From assembly GCA_017623975.1 (NCBI GenBank), contig JAGANX010000060.1, forward strand, positions 56,711 to 120,710: a stretch of DNA of 64,000 bases, written 5' to 3'. The stretch is from Clostridia bacterium (GTDB lineage Bacteria; Bacillota; Clostridia; Oscillospirales; CAG-272). A program made the translations under genes and the position numbers. This document shows positions 62,243 to 64,000 of the stretch, piece after piece (the first letter of the stretch is position 1; each line of letters opens with the position of its first letter). Below the pieces are notes generated by a model, which did no database searches, was not told the origin of the DNA, and worked only from the letters and a program-made list of their open reading frames with translations.

Positions 62243-63486
62243 TGGTTAATTCTAATCCTTATAACAATCAAAATGCAAGCTTTATACCGAGAAGTGTATC
62301 TAAATCACATAATTTGTATTTTTTGGAATTTATGCTTATAATATTCTTCTTTGCGTATTATCTTTTGCCTGCGGTTGCATCGGCAGTGCCATTTATGGTA
62401 GCGCTGTTTATAGGAATAGGATATTTGGCATATCTTTTTGTTCGTGAGCCATTTTGGAGAGTTCCCATAGGCGTATTTCTGTTTTTGTGCATAGGAATTT
62501 CTCTTTTATACTTTTTCTTTACAGATAAAACCTTGATTGCAACATCTGTAAGTAACTATGAGTTTAAGAGAATTTCTTCGAAGATTAACGAATATTTTAT
62601 GATGTTTTTCCCTGTTTGTATGTTTGTAAGAATATATACAAAAGCAAGTGAAAGACAGAAGAAATTATTATATCTAATAGCAGTAATAACATTTTCATTT
62701 GTTATTATCAATACGTTTGTAGAGCTTATGACAAATGAGCGTGCGGTACGAGATTGGTCAGGCTTCTCAGAAAATAACGAAAATAACATCGGTACATATG
62801 CGTATGTTTATGCCGTTCCAATGGTTGTTACGGCTTTAACGTCTTTATTGTATGGCAGACGGGGAATATCGAAAATAGCGGTTATTGGAATAATTATCTT
62901 TTTGTTTGTTTTCTTGCTAGCTGCTCAATACACCTTGGCGCTTTTGGCTACTATTATCGGTATAGCATTGCAGATTAGTGCAAACATTAAAAACGTTGGA
63001 TTAAAGCTTTTACTATGGCTTCTATTCTTAGGAATTTTGCTTATTCTTCCAACCCTTCTTGAATTTTTTGCTGACACAATTCAGTCAGAGGATATTGCAA
63101 TAAGATTTAGAGAGCTTGCATCATTTTTCGGTGGTGGAGATGCTTCCGGGTATAACTTGAACGGTAGAATGGAGCTCTATGGCAAATCAATACAAGCGTT
63201 TTTTAAGAGCCCGTTAATTGGAAACAGGAACGTTGGCTTTGACGGACACGCAACATTTTTGTCAGTTCCTGCGGACATTGGTGTTTTTGGCCTTTTTGCA
63301 ATTTTAATTCTTGTAATAAAGTCGAAAAAATATACATCTGCTTTGATGGGAGAAAAGCAGAGGCAGTTTACTCCTGTTTTTGCCTGCTTGATAATAATGG
63401 GTCTTACCAATCCAATACATGGTGCTACCACTGCGTTGTTCGCAACTTGGTTATTAGCACCAATGATACTTAAAACACACAGGTAA
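62242..63486 (+). CDS. O-antigen polymerase (Wzy) / O-antigen-ligase-like membrane protein
   Basis: 414 aa with about 10-12 TM helices. One larger loop is present (SEDIAIRFRELASFFGGGDASGYNLNGRMELY). Its position in the GT operon fits. The ATG overlaps the upstream stop. Confidence 0.65.
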   Translation: MVNSNPYNNQNASFIPRSVSKSHNLYFLEFMLIIFFFAYYLLPAVASAVPFMVALFIGIGYLAYLFVREPFWRVPIGVFLFLCIGISLLYFFFTDKTLIATSVSNYEFKRISSKINEYFMMFFPVCMFVRIYTKASERQKKLLYLIAVITFSFVIINTFVELMTNERAVRDWSGFSENNENNIGTYAYVYAVPMVVTALTSLLYGRRGISKIAVIGIIIFLFVFLLAAQYTLALLATIIGIALQISANIKNVGLKLLLWLLFLGILLILPTLLEFFADTIQSEDIAIRFRELASFFGGGDASGYNLNGRMELYGKSIQAFFKSPLIGNRNVGFDGHATFLSVPADIGVFGLFAILILVIKSKKYTSALMGEKQRQFTPVFACLIIMGLTNPIHGATTALFATWLLAPMILKTHR

Positions 63487-63709
63487 GCTGTAAATTTACT
63501 CTTTATACTAAAAACAAATCATTATGAGACAAAACGTCTTTTGAAGTAAAATAAAAAGAAAGGTTTCATAAAAAAGCTTTTTCAACCTAAAAATATTAGA
63601 TGTTGAATTAAAAGCGATGTAATAATTGAAAATGATACGAAACTTTACGGAATTTTTGGTTTTCCCGGAATCGGTTAGAGTGCCTTGGTTAGGTGGAAAG
63701 CTATATAGG

Positions 63710-64000
63710 ATGACTTTAAAAATGAATAATAAAAGCATCTTAAAGGAAAAAATAGTAGAGCCTTTAAATACCAAACAACGCAAGGAACGGGTTATTGTCT
63801 CTATGACCTCTTATCCTGTAAGGATGAAGTTTGTTCATTTGGCAATAAAATCACTAATGGTGCAGACCTATAAGCCGGATAGGATAATTTTATGGCTCGC
63901 CGAGGAGCAGTTTCCTACGAAGGAATTGCCAAAGGAATTAACGGAACTTGAAAAATATGGCTTGGAAATTATTTGGATGCACGATATCTATGGGCATAAG
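63710..64000 (+). CDS. putative glycosyltransferase, 3'-truncated by the window edge
   Basis: The frame stays open to the window end and encodes ..RVIVSMTSYPVRMKFVHLAIKSLMVQTYKPDRIILWLAEEQFP.., a motif set recalled from capsule-locus transferases. The start is uncertain: in-frame ATGs occur at 63632, 63710 and 63722, none with a strong RBS. Confidence 0.55.
   Translation, partial: MTLKMNNKSILKEKIVEPLNTKQRKERVIVSMTSYPVRMKFVHLAIKSLMVQTYKPDRIILWLAEEQFPTKELPKELTELEKYGLEIIWMHDIYGHK

Noticed and set aside
1-64000. Search for mobile elements, prophage, defence islands, DGR/retron or toxin-antitoxin pairs.
   Set aside because: No integrase, transposase, recombinase, reverse transcriptase, restriction/methylase, Cas, helicase-nuclease or small paired ORFs were recognisable on either strand. 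The only AAA+ ATPase is MoxR, in a Bat-like rather than a conflict-system context.

Overview
This is a 64-kb chromosomal window from a low-GC Gram-positive anaerobe, probably Clostridia. Support for that: a SCIFF peptide/maturase pair, AGGAGG-type ribosome-binding sites, and many near-consensus sigma-A promoters with 17-nt spacers and TGn extended -10 elements. I call about 56 protein genes. I saw no rRNA, intact tRNA, CRISPR array, transposase, integrase, reverse transcriptase or recognisable defence nuclease. In order the window contains: ddh (5'-truncated), glycerate kinase, and a SCIFF RiPP operon (scfA-scfB-PLP decarboxylase). Then come three cyclophilin domains in two genes, a BspA-type LRR lipoprotein, and an L-FucNAc-type nucleotide-sugar cassette (fnlA-fnlB-acyltransferase-fnlC). 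A 13-kb MoxR/DUF58/VWA operon follows. After it are housekeeping genes (gpmI, rluA-like, sdaA, comEC, holA, cysE, rmuC, rbfA-nrnA-truB, nrdR, type III glutamine synthetase) and a large secreted clan GH-A hydrolase. The window ends with a tightly coupled exopolysaccharide operon of at least 13 genes (49.7 kb to the window end). The stand-out candidate for an undescribed system is the operon at 14.7-27.6 kb. It opens with a 1175-aa hyper-acidic, repeat-built, membrane-anchored protein, followed by a MoxR AAA+ ATPase, a DUF58 protein and three membrane or lipid-anchored proteins. Together these carry five DxSxS MIDAS motifs. Secondary curiosities are: a roughly 330-bp quasi-palindromic array of mini-hairpins plus ATATC-core motifs (34.5-34.9 kb); a GT4 fused to a 2-hydroxyacid-dehydrogenase fold that lacks its Glu/His catalytic dyad, next to an HpcH aldolase; a duplicated GT module; a cyclophilin with degenerate catalytic residues; a ComEC with a degenerate nuclease domain; and a heptamer repeat array in the scfB leader. 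All family assignments come from reading motifs by eye, since no searches could be run.
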